NCBI GenBank assembly: GCA_902597265.1
Contig: CACJXB010000001.1
Coordinates: 1,069-65,068 of the forward strand
DNA from: an uncultured Pelagibacteraceae bacterium
GTDB lineage: Bacteria > Pseudomonadota > Alphaproteobacteria > Pelagibacterales > Pelagibacteraceae
Direction: 5' to 3'
Length of the DNA: 64,000 nt
Within the stretch, counting starts at the first letter, position 1, and each line of letters starts with the position of its first letter. A program made the position numbers and the translations under genes. The notes beneath the pieces were generated by a model that saw only the letters and a program-made list of their open reading frames with translations, searched no databases and was not told the DNA's origin. Positions 26,264 through 35,493 of this stretch are shown here, piece after piece.

Positions 26264-26297
26264 TTAAGCACTGTATTTAAATTCTAACAGTACTTAA
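26264..26297 (-). promoter_or_regulatory. 11-bp stem-loop in the rplL-rpoB spacer (possible attenuator or processing site)
   Basis: TTAAGTACTGT-12nt-ACAGTGCTTAA (one G-U pair) ending 6 nt before the rpoB ATG. Confidence 0.45.
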
Positions 26298-26314
26298 AAA
26301 AATTCCTTATAAAT

Positions 26315-26680
26315 TTATTTAAGTTCTACTTTTGCGCCTGCAGCTTCAAGCTTAGCTTTAATTTCCTCTGCTTCTTTTTTAGGAACACCTGCTTTAACTT
26401 CTTTTGGTGCACCTTCTACTAAGTCTTTGGCTTCTTTTAAGCCAAGAGATGTTGCTGCTCTTACTTCTTTTATGACATTTATTTTCTTGTCACCAGCAGA
26501 TACTAGCATGATTGTAAAATCATCTTTGTCTTCTGCTGCTGCTGCGCCTCCAGCTGCTGCTGGTGCTGCCGCTGCCATTGGGGTAACTCCCCATTTTTCT
26601 TCTAGTTGTTTTGAAAGATCAGCTGCTTCAGCAACTGTCAAGCTTGATAAATCTTCTATAATTTTGTTAAGGTCTGGCAT
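26315..26680 (-). CDS. rplL: 50S ribosomal protein L7/L12
   Basis: Ala-rich hinge, [20 protein letters not shown]. Confidence 0.97.
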   Translation of the reverse strand: MPDLNKIIEDLSSLTVAEAADLSKQLEEKWGVTPMAAAAPAAAGGAAAAEDKDDFTIMLVSAGDKKINVIKEVRAATSLGLKEAKDLVEGAPKEVKAGVPKKEAEEIKAKLEAAGAKVELK

Positions 26681-26683
26681 ATT

Positions 26684-27205
26684 TCACTCTTTAGGTTTTG
26701 TTTCAGAATTTTCAGTGGGTAAATTACTCATTTTTTCTGATCGTGCAAGCAAAATACTCACTAATTTTGATGCTGAAGCATTCAAAATACCAATAATATT
26801 TGCTCTCGCCTCATCTAAAGTTGGTAAACTTGCGACATTCATTACACCTGCTTGATCCAAAACCTCATTTTCCATCATTCCACCGATTAATTTCAAGTTT
26901 TGATTGTCTTTGGCAAACTTAGATAGAATTCTAGCTGACATTATTGCGTCTTCACCAAAAGCGACAGCAGTTGGTCCTGTAAATAGATTCGATAATTCTT
27001 TACACTTTGTTTTTTCCAAAGCTAATTTAGTAATTCTATTTTTTGTGATTTTAAAAATAATTCCATGTTCTCTCATTTTTGATCTAAGTTCGTCTAACTG
27101 CACCATAGTAAGTCCTTGGTAATGTGTTACCATAACAGCTTTACTATTTTCAAACTGAGCTGTGATCTCAGTAATATAATTTTTTTTTTGTTCTTTATTC
27201 ATCAT
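26684..27205 (-). CDS. rplJ: 50S ribosomal protein L10
   Basis: YQGLT, KNR, GPTAVAF, LPTLDEAR. Confidence 0.95.
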   Translation of the reverse strand: MMNKEQKKNYITEITAQFENSKAVMVTHYQGLTMVQLDELRSKMREHGIIFKITKNRITKLALEKTKCKELSNLFTGPTAVAFGEDAIMSARILSKFAKDNQNLKLIGGMMENEVLDQAGVMNVASLPTLDEARANIIGILNASASKLVSILLARSEKMSNLPTENSETKPKE

Positions 27206-27210
27206 AACGA

Positions 27211-27900
27211 TTAAATATTTTTGCCTATTTTTAATTTATACGATACTCCCATTGTAGATGTAATAAATGCAGATTTTATTAAATCTCCTTTAACGGTATT
27301 ATTAGATTTCTCTTTTTCTAAAGTTTCTATAATAGCATTAAAATTTTTAATTAGTTTTTCATCGCTAAATGATTTTTTTCCTATACTTACACCAATATTT
27401 CCATCTTTGTCATTTCTTATTTCTGCTTGTCCTGATTTTGCATCAGATACAGCAGTTTTTAAGTTGTCGGTAACTGTACCAAGTTTAGGATTAGGCATCA
27501 AACCTTTTGGTCCTAAAACTTTTCCAAGTTTTGAAAGTTTTATCATCATTCCAGGTGTACAAATTAATTTTTCAAAATTAATTTCACCACTTTTAATCTT
27601 CTCAATAAAATCATCACCACCAACTAAATCTGCACCTGCACTTTTAGCATCAGCAGCCTTGTTGTCTTCACAAACAACAGCTACTTTTACTTTTTTTCCT
27701 GTTCCCCCAGGAAGATTTACAACTGTTCTAATATTAATTTCATTTTTTTTTTGTTTATTATTAATTTGAAAACTTAAATCTATTGACTCATCAAATTTTG
27801 TTGTACAATTTTTCTTTATTGTAGGAATTAATTTACCTATTTCTTCTGGAGATAAATCGTTAGTCTTCTCTGGTAATTTTTTATATCTTTTTGATATCAT
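27211..27900 (-). CDS. rplA: 50S ribosomal protein L1
   Basis: KFDES, LGPKGLMPNPKLGT, STMG. Confidence 0.97.
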   Translation of the reverse strand: MISKRYKKLPEKTNDLSPEEIGKLIPTIKKNCTTKFDESIDLSFQINNKQKKNEINIRTVVNLPGGTGKKVKVAVVCEDNKAADAKSAGADLVGGDDFIEKIKSGEINFEKLICTPGMMIKLSKLGKVLGPKGLMPNPKLGTVTDNLKTAVSDAKSGQAEIRNDKDGNIGVSIGKKSFSDEKLIKNFNAIIETLEKEKSNNTVKGDLIKSAFITSTMGVSYKLKIGKNI

Positions 27901-28331
27901 TACTCTTTGACCTCAATTCCCATAGATCTAGCAGAACCAGCAATAATTTTTACTGCCTCATTCAAATCAATTGCATTTAAATCATTCATTTTTTGTTTTG
28001 CAATTTCTTCAGCTTGTTTTTTTGTAATCGAACCAACAATATTTCTTCCTGGTTCCTGAGAACCGCTTTTTAATTTTGCCGCTTCACGTATAAAAAAAGA
28101 CGCTGGAGGTGATTTAATTTTAAAATCAAATTTTTTATCTTTATAAACTGTAATTTCTACTGGAACAGGTTTACCAGCTAAAGATTTTGTTTTATCATTA
28201 AAGGCTTTACAAAACTCCATTATATTTACTCCTCTTTGTCCAAGAGCTGGACCAACTGGAGGAGCTGGATTTGCTTGTCCACCTTTGATTTGTAATTTTA
28301 TAAAACCACTTATCTCTTTTTTTGCTGCCAT
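27900..28331 (-). CDS. rplK: 50S ribosomal protein L11
   Basis: [20 protein letters not shown]. Confidence 0.97.
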   Translation of the reverse strand: MAAKKEISGFIKLQIKGGQANPAPPVGPALGQRGVNIMEFCKAFNDKTKSLAGKPVPVEITVYKDKKFDFKIKSPPASFFIREAAKLKSGSQEPGRNIVGSITKKQAEEIAKQKMNDLNAIDLNEAVKIIAGSARSMGIEVKE

Positions 28332-28861
28332 TAACTAACCTTTTCCACCTGATTATATTCTAAATCTACAGGAGTTGGACGACCAAATATAGAAACTGAA
28401 ACCTTTAGTCTAGACTTTTCCTCATCAATTTCTTCAACCATTCCACTAAATGATGCAAAAGGTCCATCAACAACCTGTACTTTTTCACCTACACTATATT
28501 CTATACCAGATTTTGGCTGCGCTACTCCATCTTTTATTTGTCCTAAAATTTTTTCAATTTCTTTATCAGAAACTGGAACTGGAATACCTTTTGTTCCTAA
28601 AAAACCACTAACTCTCTTAATGTTTTTGATCATATGATAAATATTATTATCCATTTCACTTTTGATTAAAACGTATCCTGGAAAATATTTTTTCTTTCTT
28701 TGTACTCTTTTTCCTCTTTTAACCTCCGTAACATCATGCGTCGGAACAATTATTTCTTCAAATTTATCAGAAATTTTAGCTTTATCAGCCTCTTCTTTAA
28801 TGAGACCTGCTACCTTGTTCTCAAAACTTGAGTGAGACTGAACTATGTACCAATTTTTCAT
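28331..28861 (-). CDS. nusG: Transcription termination/antitermination factor NusG
   Basis: [27 protein letters not shown]. Confidence 0.97.
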   Translation of the reverse strand: MKNWYIVQSHSSFENKVAGLIKEEADKAKISDKFEEIIVPTHDVTEVKRGKRVQRKKKYFPGYVLIKSEMDNNIYHMIKNIKRVSGFLGTKGIPVPVSDKEIEKILGQIKDGVAQPKSGIEYSVGEKVQVVDGPFASFSGMVEEIDEEKSRLKVSVSIFGRPTPVDLEYNQVEKVS

Positions 28862-29052
28862 TAAATGCTTACCTTAAGTAGTAAATCCAGAAAAAACTTT
28901 AAAGCTTGATCTAAAAGAAGAAAAAATAAAGACATTACAACAGCCATTAAAAAAACCATTAATGCACCTTGAAGAGTTTCTTTTCCAGTTGGCCAAGTTA
29001 CTTTAAAGGCTTCTTGTTTTACCTCTTGTATAAATTTAATTGGGTTTCTCAT
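28861..29052 (-). CDS. secE: Preprotein translocase SecE
   Basis: EAFKVTWP followed by a TM helix; sits between tRNA-Trp and nusG. Confidence 0.93.
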   Translation of the reverse strand: MRNPIKFIQEVKQEAFKVTWPTGKETLQGALMVFLMAVVMSLFFLLLDQALKFFLDLLLKVSI

Positions 29053-29072
29053 AATTTACTCTTTAAAATTAT

Positions 29073-29148
29073 TGGCAGGAGCGGAGGGACTCGAACCCTC
29101 AGCCTCCGGTTTTGGAGACCGGCGCTCTACCAATTGAGCTACACTCCT
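29073..29148 (-). tRNA. tRNA-Trp (CCA)
   Basis: Cloverleaf AGGAGTG..., anticodon loop CT-CCA-AA, TTCGAG T-loop, CCA end. Confidence 0.95.
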
Positions 29149-29157
29149 ATATAGAGC

Positions 29158-30348
29158 TTACTCTATAATTTTAGTTACTACTCCTGCTCCAACAGTTCTA
29201 CCACCTTCTCTTATAGCAAAGTTTAATTTTTCTGACATTGCAATCGGAGTAATTAGTTTAACTGTAAATTTAGCATCATCACCAGGCATAACCATTTCAG
29301 TACCTGATGGTAATTCTACTTCACCAGTTACGTCTGTTGTTCTAAAATAAAACTGAGGTCTGTACTTTGTAAAAAAAGGAGTATGTCTTCCGCCTTCTTC
29401 TTTTTTAAGTACATAGGCCTGAGCTTCAAACTTAGTATGTGGTGTAACTGAACCAGGTTTACAGAGTACTTGACCTCTTTCAATGTCAGTTCTTTCTACA
29501 CCTCTTAAAAGTACACCTACGTTGTCACCAGCTTCACCTGAGTCTAAAAGTTTTCTAAACATCTCAACACCAGTGCAAACTGATTTTTTAGTTTCTTTAA
29601 TACCAACGATTTCTAATTCATCACCAGTTTTAAGTACGCCTGACTCTACTCTTCCTGTTGCAACTGTACCTCTTCCTGAAATTGAAAAAACATCCTCTAC
29701 AGGCATCAAGAAATCTTTATCCTTTGGTCTGTCTGGTTGAGGAATAAACTCATCAACATTTTTCATTAATTCCATAATTGAATTTTTACCAATCTCATCA
29801 TCTCTACCCTCAACTGCAGCTAAAGCTGAACCTTTGGCAATAGGTGTTTTGTCACCAGGAAATTTATATGAAGTTAATAATTCTTTAATTTCCTCTTCAA
29901 CTAGGTCAATCATTTCTTTATCATCAACTTGATCTACTTTATTTAAGTAAACAACAATTGCTGGTACACCAACTTGTCTTGCTAAAAGAATATGTTCTCT
30001 AGTTTGTGGCATTGGGCCATCAGCAGCATTCACAACTAAAATAGCTCCATCCATTTGAGCAGCACCAGTAATCATATTTTTTACATAGTCAGCATGTCCA
30101 GGACAATCTACGTGTGCGTAGTGTCTTTTTTCTGTTTCATACTCTACATGAGCAGTTGAAATTGTAATTCCTCTCTCCTTTTCCTCTGGAGCTTTATCAA
30201 TTTGATCATAAGCTACTGCTTGGGCACCACCTTTTTCTGATAAAACTTTAGTGATAGCAGCTGTTAAAGTAGTTTTACCATGGTCGACATGACCAATAGT
30301 ACCGATATTACAATGCGGTTTATTTCTTACAAATTTTTCTTTCGACAT
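29158..30348 (-). CDS. tuf: Elongation factor Tu
   Basis: [26 protein letters not shown]. Confidence 0.99.
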   Translation of the reverse strand: MSKEKFVRNKPHCNIGTIGHVDHGKTTLTAAITKVLSEKGGAQAVAYDQIDKAPEEKERGITISTAHVEYETEKRHYAHVDCPGHADYVKNMITGAAQMDGAILVVNAADGPMPQTREHILLARQVGVPAIVVYLNKVDQVDDKEMIDLVEEEIKELLTSYKFPGDKTPIAKGSALAAVEGRDDEIGKNSIMELMKNVDEFIPQPDRPKDKDFLMPVEDVFSISGRGTVATGRVESGVLKTGDELEIVGIKETKKSVCTGVEMFRKLLDSGEAGDNVGVLLRGVERTDIERGQVLCKPGSVTPHTKFEAQAYVLKKEEGGRHTPFFTKYRPQFYFRTTDVTGEVELPSGTEMVMPGDDAKFTVKLITPIAMSEKLNFAIREGGRTVGAGVVTKIIE

Positions 30349-30382
30349 TACTTTTACCTTTGTTAATTTTTATTTTATTTCT

Positions 30383-30456
30383 TGGAGCGGGTAAAGGGAA
30401 TCGAACCCTTACATCCAGCTTGGAAGGCTAGCGTTCTACCATTGAACTACACCCGC
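30383..30456 (-). tRNA. tRNA-Gly (TCC)
   Basis: GCGGGTG... cloverleaf, anticodon TCC, CCA end. Confidence 0.95.
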
Positions 30457-30502
30457 ACAACCCCAAGAATATCACTCCAGTATTATTCAAAAATTTATTG
30501 AA

Positions 30503-30588
30503 TGGTGGAGGGGGAAAGATTCGAACTTTCGAAGACCGAAGTCAACGGGTTTACAGCCCGCCCCATTTGACCGCTCTGGAACCCCTCC
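30503..30588 (-). tRNA. tRNA-Tyr (GTA)
   Basis: GGAGGGG... cloverleaf with long variable arm, anticodon GTA, CCA end. Confidence 0.95.
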
Positions 30589-30636
30589 CTTAGGGGAAGT
30601 GTCCCCTTGTTCAATAAAGCTTCAAACAACATGCGT

Positions 30637-30664
30637 TTTATATATTTTATTTGTGCAAATGCAA
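30637..30664 (-). promoter_or_regulatory. Putative promoter of the tRNA-Tyr/Gly-tuf operon
   Basis: TTGCAT-16nt-TATAAA on minus strand. Confidence 0.5.
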
Positions 30665-30717
30665 TATGTGATTTATTGAGAAAATATTAAAAAAACGTGT
30701 AAAACTAAGTAAAATTT

Positions 30718-31477
30718 ATGAATAAATCATCATTTTTCATCATTGGTCAACATGCAGTTATCGAAGCTTTAAAAAATCCAAAAAGGAATGTATTGAGATT
30801 GTTTTTAACTGAAGAAAGTAAAAAAAATATTCATAGAAACAGCCCAAATAAAAATCTCTTAGATGAAGTAAAAGTTTATTTTAAAACTAAAAAAGAGCTA
30901 GATAAATATAGCACTAAAGAAAATTTACTTCATCAAGGTTATGTTGCCGAAGTTGAACAACTTGAAAAACCAATTTTAAAAGAATACATAAAAACGAAAA
31001 ATAATATAACTTTTGTGTGTTTAGATGGAGTAACTGACCCAAGAAATATTGGATCTGTAATTAGAAGTGCTGCATCATTTAATATAGATGGAATAATAAT
31101 TAAAGAAAGAAATTTTCCAAGTGATAGTAAACTTATGTATAAGGCTGCTATCACTAAAGTTTTATCAGAAAAAGGTGGTGCCCAAGCAGTAGCTTATGAT
31201 CAAATTGATAAAGCTCCAGAGGAAAAGGAGAGAGGAATTACAATTTCAACTGCTCATGTAGAGTATGAAACAGAAAAAAGATTTCACTGATATAGATTGG
31301 AAAGGAAATAATATTCTTTTATTTGGCTCTGAGGGATTTGGTTTGCATCAGCATACATCAAAATATGCAGATTTTTTAGTAAAGATTAATATTGATAATA
31401 AAATTGAGAGCTTAAATATATCAAATAGTGCATCTATTGTATTTCATCATTTGAGTTATGTTAAAAAAAATAGTTGA
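30718..31477 (+). pseudogene. rlmB: RlmB/TrmH-family SPOUT rRNA methyltransferase, interrupted and frameshifted by an inverted tuf fragment (possibly an assembly chimera)
   Basis: N-part [17 protein letters not shown] (30718-31143); C-part FGSEGFG..IESLNIS lies in another frame (to 31477); 31144-31281 translates as EF-Tu sequence. Confidence 0.85.
31144..31281 (+). repeat. 138-bp exact inverted copy of tuf 30124-30261
   Basis: Base-by-base identity with the reverse complement of 30124-30261. Confidence 0.95.
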
Positions 31478-31510
31478 TTAATACTAAAATAATTAATAGT
31501 TATTGCGCAT

Positions 31511-31586
31511 GCCCTTGTAGCTCAGCTGGTAGAGCAATTGATTTGTAATCAATAGGTCCGCGGTTCGAATCCGTGCGGGGGCACCA
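31511..31586 (+). tRNA. tRNA-Thr (TGT)
   Basis: GCCCTTG... cloverleaf, anticodon arm ATTGA-TTTGTAA-TCAAT, CCA end. Confidence 0.95.
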
Positions 31587-31652
31587 TCACTCAATAAAAT
31601 CAACACTAATTATTTTTACAAAATTAAAGTTAGATTAAATTTTAGTATTAAG

Positions 31653-31685
31653 TGTTGCAGGATTGTTGCAAGATTGTTGCTAAAT
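31653..31685. repeat. 3x 11-bp tandem motif TGTTGCaggat (arm-site-like)
   Basis: TGTTGC at 31653, 31664, 31675; first 17 bp identical to 32820-32836. Confidence 0.85.
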
Positions 31686-31703
31686 CAAGTGGTCGTAAAA
31701 AAA

Positions 31704-32804
31704 TTATCTTGCGATTACCATCTTTACACTATCCCTATATTTTTTAACCCAAGCCGAAAATTCTTTTTTTGAATTAGATTTATTTTCAGAAGTTATATTT
31801 TCCAGCACAGGAAAAATATAGTCAGATTTAACTGCAAAGTTTACATTTTGTGGAAGCACTCCTTTTTTGTATAATGTTACTATTGAATCAAGTGTTGCAG
31901 TGACAATACCAATAACTTCACCTTTAGAATTAATTAAGGGTCCACCAGAATTACCTGGTTGAATTGGAACATCTATTTGCATAAGTCTAACATCATCCTC
32001 AAGTCCAGACATTGCATTTATTCTGCCAAACGTAGCTTTTAATTCCTTACCCTGAACATCAACGAGAGGATATCCTAAGGTGAATACTTCTTCTCCTACA
32101 TCTGAATTTTTTGCTTTAATAATTGGTAATGCAGAAATATTTTTTACATCATCGATTTTTATAATAGCAATATCGTTAACTTTGTCTTGAGCAATTACTT
32201 TAGCGATCAATTCTTTATCGTCCACTGATACTGTTATTTTGTTTGCATTTCTAATTACGTGATAATTAGTTATCATATGACCTTCGGTAGAAATGAAGAA
32301 ACCTGTGCCAGTGCTAAATCCTTTTTCTTTTCTAACTTTTTCAGGTTCATATATTGGTAGATCTGGTTTATTTTTTACTTCAGCCATCAATCTATCAATT
32401 TCAATTTTTGCTTCTTCTTCTTTAAAACCAAACGTGAATGCAAACATCCTCCCTTCTTTATCAAAACCAGTACCATATCCTTTGGTGCAAGATTTTGCGG
32501 TAAATGTTGCATCAACTCGACCTGTTAGAGAACACATTAAAGTTGCAACTCCCTTTTGACCTCCGCAGTATCCAGGAATCAAATAATTCGAAGCTGGAAT
32601 AAAAGTAATTCTAGAGTTTCCATTGCATTTCATTTTTGATGGAACAGTTTCAACTTCAATTACAGAAGTTCCTGACATTAAATCACTATTAACAGTGCCT
32701 ATAAAAACTTCATTAAACTCTTCGTACTTGCCAACAACTTTATATTTAACTGTGCAATTTGATAATATTAATCCAAAAAATATTATTAGAAGAATTTGTT
32801 TCAT
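31704..32804 (-). CDS. Predicted lipoprotein, trypsin-like (S1C/DegP-type, no PDZ) serine protease
   Basis: MKQILL...LILSNC lipobox-like; TGTGFF, TNYHV, DIA, IQPGNSGGPL catalytic motifs. Confidence 0.85.
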   Translation of the reverse strand: MKQILLIIFFGLILSNCTVKYKVVGKYEEFNEVFIGTVNSDLMSGTSVIEVETVPSKMKCNGNSRITFIPASNYLIPGYCGGQKGVATLMCSLTGRVDATFTAKSCTKGYGTGFDKEGRMFAFTFGFKEEEAKIEIDRLMAEVKNKPDLPIYEPEKVRKEKGFSTGTGFFISTEGHMITNYHVIRNANKITVSVDDKELIAKVIAQDKVNDIAIIKIDDVKNISALPIIKAKNSDVGEEVFTLGYPLVDVQGKELKATFGRINAMSGLEDDVRLMQIDVPIQPGNSGGPLINSKGEVIGIVTATLDSIVTLYKKGVLPQNVNFAVKSDYIFPVLENITSENKSNSKKEFSAWVKKYRDSVKMVIAR

Positions 32805-32819
32805 TGAAGATTCTATCAT

Positions 32820-32866
32820 TGTTGCAGGATTGTTGCCAAGAAAAAATATTTTGAAATTATTGTTGC
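32820..32866. repeat. TGTTGC arm-like motifs at the right end of the tRNA-Thr islet
   Basis: TGTTGC at 32820, 32831, 32861. Confidence 0.8.
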
Positions 32867-32889
32867 AAACAAGTGTTTATTTAAACTTT

Positions 32890-32943
32890 AGCAATTGATT
32901 TGTAATCAATAGGTCCGCGGTTCGAATCCGTGCGGGGGCACCA
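32890..32943 (+). repeat. Displaced 3' fragment of tRNA-Thr (attR-like)
   Basis: 54 bp identical to tRNA-Thr 31533-31586; abuts the nadK stop codon. Confidence 0.92.
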
Positions 32944-33714
32944 TTAAGATGTTTCTCTTCTTAATTGCTCAATTTTAATTTTTTTTTGAAGACTTCTATT
33001 TTGATCATATAAAAGATTAAACTTTATCTTTTGATTTGTCTTTATAATAATATTTTTTGCATTTCTCACTTCAATATTGTCAGCAACTGCACTAATTGGT
33101 CTTTTTTTTGGATTTAAATTTTTTATTACTATTTTTGATCGATCACTAACTATTTTTCCTTTCCATCGTCTTGGTCTAAATGGACTTATTGGTGAAATTG
33201 ACAATTTTTTTGAATTTAAACTTAATATTGGACCATGAACAGATAAGTTATAAGCAGTGCTACCTGCAGGTGTCGATACAAGTACACCATCTGAAACTAA
33301 TTCTTTAATAATTTTTTTAGAACCATGATTGATTGACAATGAAGCAGCTTGTCTACTTTGTCTTAAAATTGATACTTCATTTATTGCTATATGTTTTTTT
33401 GTATTATTCTTGTAATTTTTAACAGTCATTTCTAAAGGTGAAATTGAAAGTGTTTTAGATCTAATAAAATTTTTTATAAAATTCTTTGATGAAAATTTAT
33501 TCATTAAAAAACCATAGTTACCTGAGTTAACCCCATAAAATAATTTTTTGGATTTTTTATTTTTCTTTAATGTTTGAAGCATAAAACCATCTCCACCAAT
33601 CACTATTATTGTATTCAATTTTTTTGGTTTAGCTTTTTTGAGTATGTTTAATAAAGATTTTTTAATCCTTAAAGATCTTAAATTTTTATCTGAAATAATT
33701 TGTATATTTTTCAT
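32944..33714 (-). CDS. nadK: NAD kinase (start taken at ATG 33714)
   Basis: GGDGFML, GNYGFL, NEV, DG..VSTPAGSTAYNLS. Confidence 0.93.
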   Translation of the reverse strand: MKNIQIISDKNLRSLRIKKSLLNILKKAKPKKLNTIIVIGGDGFMLQTLKKNKKSKKLFYGVNSGNYGFLMNKFSSKNFIKNFIRSKTLSISPLEMTVKNYKNNTKKHIAINEVSILRQSRQAASLSINHGSKKIIKELVSDGVLVSTPAGSTAYNLSVHGPILSLNSKKLSISPISPFRPRRWKGKIVSDRSKIVIKNLNPKKRPISAVADNIEVRNAKNIIIKTNQKIKFNLLYDQNRSLQKKIKIEQLRRETS

Positions 33715-33719
33715 TTCAG

Positions 33720-33805
33720 TGGTGCCCTCGGCCAGACTCGAACTGGCACTCCGCAAGCGGCAAGGATTTTAAGTCCTTTGTGTCTACCAATTTCACCACG
33801 AGGGC
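33720..33805 (-). tRNA. tRNA-Leu (TAA)
   Basis: GCCCTCG... cloverleaf, anticodon arm AAGGA-CTTAAAA-TCCTT, variable arm, CCA end. Confidence 0.95.
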
Positions 33806-35303
33806 ATTAATGAATTTCATGAGTATTTATGCTAATATTTATAATTGAACAAGGATAATAAGTAAAATTTTTTTAATTTATCTCTCTAACGTCTAGTCTA
33901 CGTCTAGTTGTCCTATAATATTCTAGAACAATAAGTTAGGTTTATTTCCAAATAAGATTTACTAATTCTTGAGGTTTCCAGCTAATAGCAAAACTATTTG
34001 TCTGAATTATTCTGTCATTTTTCCAATCAATTAGGGAAAGTCTTAATCCATATCCTCTCATTTGAACTAAGTTATCAATTCCATATCCATTTAACCAAAA
34101 GAACATTGCGTATTTGGGAGCAAATTTTTTCTTAGTGGGAACAGCATTCTCAAAAGCCTCTTGTAACTTTTTTGCTTCACAAGAATTTTTATCCTCCATT
34201 AATTCAATAACGTACATTCCAAACCTTAACCAATCTTCTCTGGTAAGCATTATTGATGATGATGAAATTGGAGCTCCCTTTTTATCTAGCAAAATCTTAC
34301 CCTTTGATGCAAAACCTGCGGCTTCTGAAATATTTTTTTGAAACCATTTAGCAAACTTCTTTTTTCCTCCTAATATATTTATCATATCTAATGTTATTAA
34401 ATCAGTATTAGGATTTGAGTATTTGAATTCTTTTGGTCCTTCGGTTTCTAATCTTTTAGGATGTCTATTAAGTATACTAACGAGATCAGATTTTTTTCTA
34501 TGTGTCTCTTTCAAAATACTATAGTTCATAACGTACTGGTCTCTGGCAAGCATATTCAAAGAGTCTTTTAATGTAACATGACCATAAAATGAGTCTTTAA
34601 TTTCAGACGAATATTCAGCATGTGTTTTATTTAAATCTAAAATATTTTGGCAAGCCATTTTAATAGCTGCTATTCCCACTATTGACTTACTTCTTGACTG
34701 CCCATCAATAGGTTTGTCATTGAAAATATAATCTCTTTTCCAGTCGTGAATTAACACTCCTTTATCAAATACCATTAGACTAGAAATATCTCTATAATAT
34801 ACATAATCATAAATTTCTTTTGGAAGAGGCTTAATATTTTTTTTTATAATTCTAACTAGGTTACTTTTCGCAGGTTTAATTATAATTTTTTTTAAACCCC
34901 CATTATTTTTATGATTTCTATTTTCTAAACTTGACTTTCGATAGGTGTCATAGGCCCAATAATCATGTCTCTCGGTACAATACTTGCAATCGTTTGGAGG
35001 GTATTCTACTTTTTTAAAAATCTTTTTCCATTTTTCTAGTGAAGGAGACCATTTATTTTTGGGTGGTGTAGCCAAAGACGTGTTGCTTAAGATAAAACTC
35101 AGAACCACGATAACTAAAATTTTATTCATAATTTTAAAATACAATTCTATCTCTTTGACGTCTAGTCTACGTCTAGTTTGAGAGAAATTATTATTCATAT
35201 TTTAAAATAATAAGAGGTTAAGGTTTTATTAAAATGTAGGATTTAATGGGATTTAAGACTGTATGAGACTGTGTGAGACTATAAATTTACTCTACCCTAT
35301 GTA
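33767..35303. mobile_element. tRNA-Leu cassette 1 (1537-bp unit)
   Basis: Bounded by tRNA-Leu 5'-half copies; identical 21-mer ACGTCTAGTCTACGTCTAGTT at 33889 and 35158. Confidence 0.75.
33942..35129 (-). CDS. Exported serine hydrolase (beta-lactamase/penicillin-binding fold)
   Basis: Signal peptide MNKILVIVVLSFILSNTSLA; SxxK (SRSK), YxN (FKYSN), LTREDWLRFG. Confidence 0.75.
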   Translation of the reverse strand: MNKILVIVVLSFILSNTSLATPPKNKWSPSLEKWKKIFKKVEYPPNDCKYCTERHDYWAYDTYRKSSLENRNHKNNGGLKKIIIKPAKSNLVRIIKKNIKPLPKEIYDYVYYRDISSLMVFDKGVLIHDWKRDYIFNDKPIDGQSRSKSIVGIAAIKMACQNILDLNKTHAEYSSEIKDSFYGHVTLKDSLNMLARDQYVMNYSILKETHRKKSDLVSILNRHPKRLETEGPKEFKYSNPNTDLITLDMINILGGKKKFAKWFQKNISEAAGFASKGKILLDKKGAPISSSSIMLTREDWLRFGMYVIELMEDKNSCEAKKLQEAFENAVPTKKKFAPKYAMFFWLNGYGIDNLVQMRGYGLRLSLIDWKNDRIIQTNSFAISWKPQELVNLIWK

Positions 35304-35446
35304 TTTTAAGTCCTTTGTGTCTACCAATTTCACCACGAGGGCATTTGTAAATTTCATGAGTTTTTATGCTAATATTTATAATTCAACAAGTCTAATAAAT
35401 AAAATTTTTTTATTTTATCTCTCTGGTTTCTAGTTTGTTTCTAGTT
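35241..35446 (-). repeat. Cassette junction 1: conserved 62-bp block, tRNA-Leu 5' half (35304-35342), promoter copy and arm repeats
   Basis: 35303-35345 identical to 33766-33808; 35241-35302 matches 37907-37968 with 1 mismatch. Confidence 0.92.
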
Positions 35447-35493
35447 ATCCTATAAAGTCCGATAACCCAGTATCACGATCCGAAAAAGTTTTT

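Larger units (their letters stand above)
31533..32943. mobile_element. Integrase-free single-gene islet at tRNA-Thr, bounded by 54-bp att-like direct repeats
   Basis: 31533-31586 is identical to 32890-32943; TGTTGC 11-bp-period repeats at both inner ends. Confidence 0.8.

Noticed and set aside
107-29740. Many plus-strand ORFs of 60-182 aa in the ribosomal region (e.g. 107-400, 15572-15991, 26427-26855, 27221-27769)
   Set aside because: Antisense shadows of conserved minus-strand genes with no recognisable motifs
30124-31281. tuf/rlmB repeat pair as a diversity-generating retroelement TR/VR, or a real EF-Tu fusion protein
   Set aside because: Copies are 100% identical with no adenine-specific changes, there is no reverse transcriptase, and the insert frameshifts the host gene
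31595-31612. IHF-like site (AATCAA) after tRNA-Thr
   Set aside because: Lacks the TTR part of the consensus; not distinguishable from AT-rich background
33715-33756. N-terminal extension of the NAD kinase ORF
   Set aside because: It reads through tRNA-Leu; the ATG at 33714 gives a normal-length NadK
35130-35198. N-terminal extension of the serine hydrolase ORF
   Set aside because: It overlaps the cassette arm repeats; the signal peptide starts at ATG 35129
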